From Felis catus (taxonomy: Eukaryota), in the NCBI RefSeq assembly GCF_018350175.1, contig NC_058383.1, positions 310,001-374,000 of the forward strand: DNA of 64,000 bases, in the 5' to 3' direction. The notes under the pieces were generated by a model, which did not search any database, was not told the origin of the DNA, and worked only from the letters and a program-made list of their open reading frames with translations. Positions 62,889 through 64,000 of this stretch are shown here, one piece after another. A program made the translations under genes and the position numbers. Position 1 is the stretch's first letter. Each line of letters opens with the position of its first letter.

Positions 62889-64000
62889 CGAAACCTATAT
62901 CACAGGGCTGCTGAGAGGCTTCAATGAGCGAGTAAGAGAAAGAGGTGGGAATAGAGGCTAGGGAGCGTCTCTGCAGGCAGGCGTGTGTTGGGGCAGCGTC
63001 CCAGGGCAGACCAGAGCCTCCTTGCTTGCCCAGAGCAGCGCGAGCTGGCCAGGCCAGGGGAAGGCCTCGGTCGACCCTTGGCCCCGCACTCCCTGCTGCC
63101 TCAGTGAGCCCCCAGGTGAGCTCACACTTGTGAAAAGGCTCTGGTCCACAGGCAGCGGGAGGAGAAGGGCTGGCCCTGCTCCGGGGCTGCAGGAGTCCCT
63201 CAAAGATGCACGCTTCCTGGGCGGTGTGTGCTCCCACATCCAGTGGGATGTTCTGGTTAAAAACCCAGCTGCTTGAGGCCTTAGCTCCTGGCGGGGCCCT
63301 TGGCTTAGGAGAGCCAGCCGGGCAGGTCTGTAAATGCAGGCCCTGGGTAGGAGCTGTCTGCTGCTGGAGGCCTCTGTGCCTGTCACTGCTGTGACCCGGA
63401 GTCGGGCACAGCCTTTGAAGGTCTCGTGGGGGACCCTGGATGGCAGCCCCTTTCCTGGAGCCCAAGCCTGCCTCAGGGCCAAGGTTCGGCAATGCCACCC
63501 ACCCTCCTGAACACGAAATGGGAGAAAGACGTAGAAATCACACTGACCCACACTCGTGGTGTACAGGCGAGTCTAAATCTAAAGAGCTGGAGATCCAACC
63601 CACTTCCAAAGCGCCTTCTGCAGACCGGGAACCGCCCCCACGAGGCAGGTCTCGCGCATCCCTGCTCAGAGCTCTGTCCCTTTCACCTTCAAGTTGTGCA
63701 TCCCGCTACCAAACGCGAGCCCGGAAACATGGTTTCTGCAAGCTTCCCAGAGCTTCCCCTCGGAACGGTTCCATTAAATCGCCCCCGTTCGGAACCGCTC
63801 GATCCACTTTGAAGCACGTGTGGCCTTCGGTACAGCTGCTGTGGCCGACAGAGATTTATTTATAGCCGGGCTCCTGGCTGCTTGGTAACGGCCGTTCGCT
63901 GCCTTTAAAGAGGCTTGGGACGTTATCTACCTCTATTCAGCTTGAAATCAGGCATGCAGCGCCTTCGGCTCGGGCCAGTGATAATTAAATCGCTATCGTG

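Overview
Mammalian genomic DNA, almost certainly from a felid: it carries many cat-type tRNA-derived Can-SINEs and a felid-type L1. The only protein-coding gene I can support is the 5' part of FAM20C (Golgi casein kinase) on the + strand. It has a CpG-island promoter (~56.2-58.1 kb), coding exon 1 (57484-58091), exon 2 (59956-60134) and then intron 2 to the window end. The ~56 kb upstream is non-coding. The left ~21.7 kb is dense in transposons (Tigger2a, L1s, ERV LTRs, 8 SINEs). A second, gene-less CpG island with housekeeping promoter motifs lies at ~21.8-23.1 kb. It is followed by a GC-rich, more transposon-poor stretch containing a decayed reverse-transcriptase fossil, several AT-rich homeobox/FOX motif islands (candidate enhancers), a fused inverted SINE pair and large tandem repeats. 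Nearly all ORFs in the supplied track are GC- or repeat-derived artefacts. I found no convincing novel multi-gene system; the best leads are regulatory or evolutionary. Repeat family names come from recalled consensus sequences, not from a database search.
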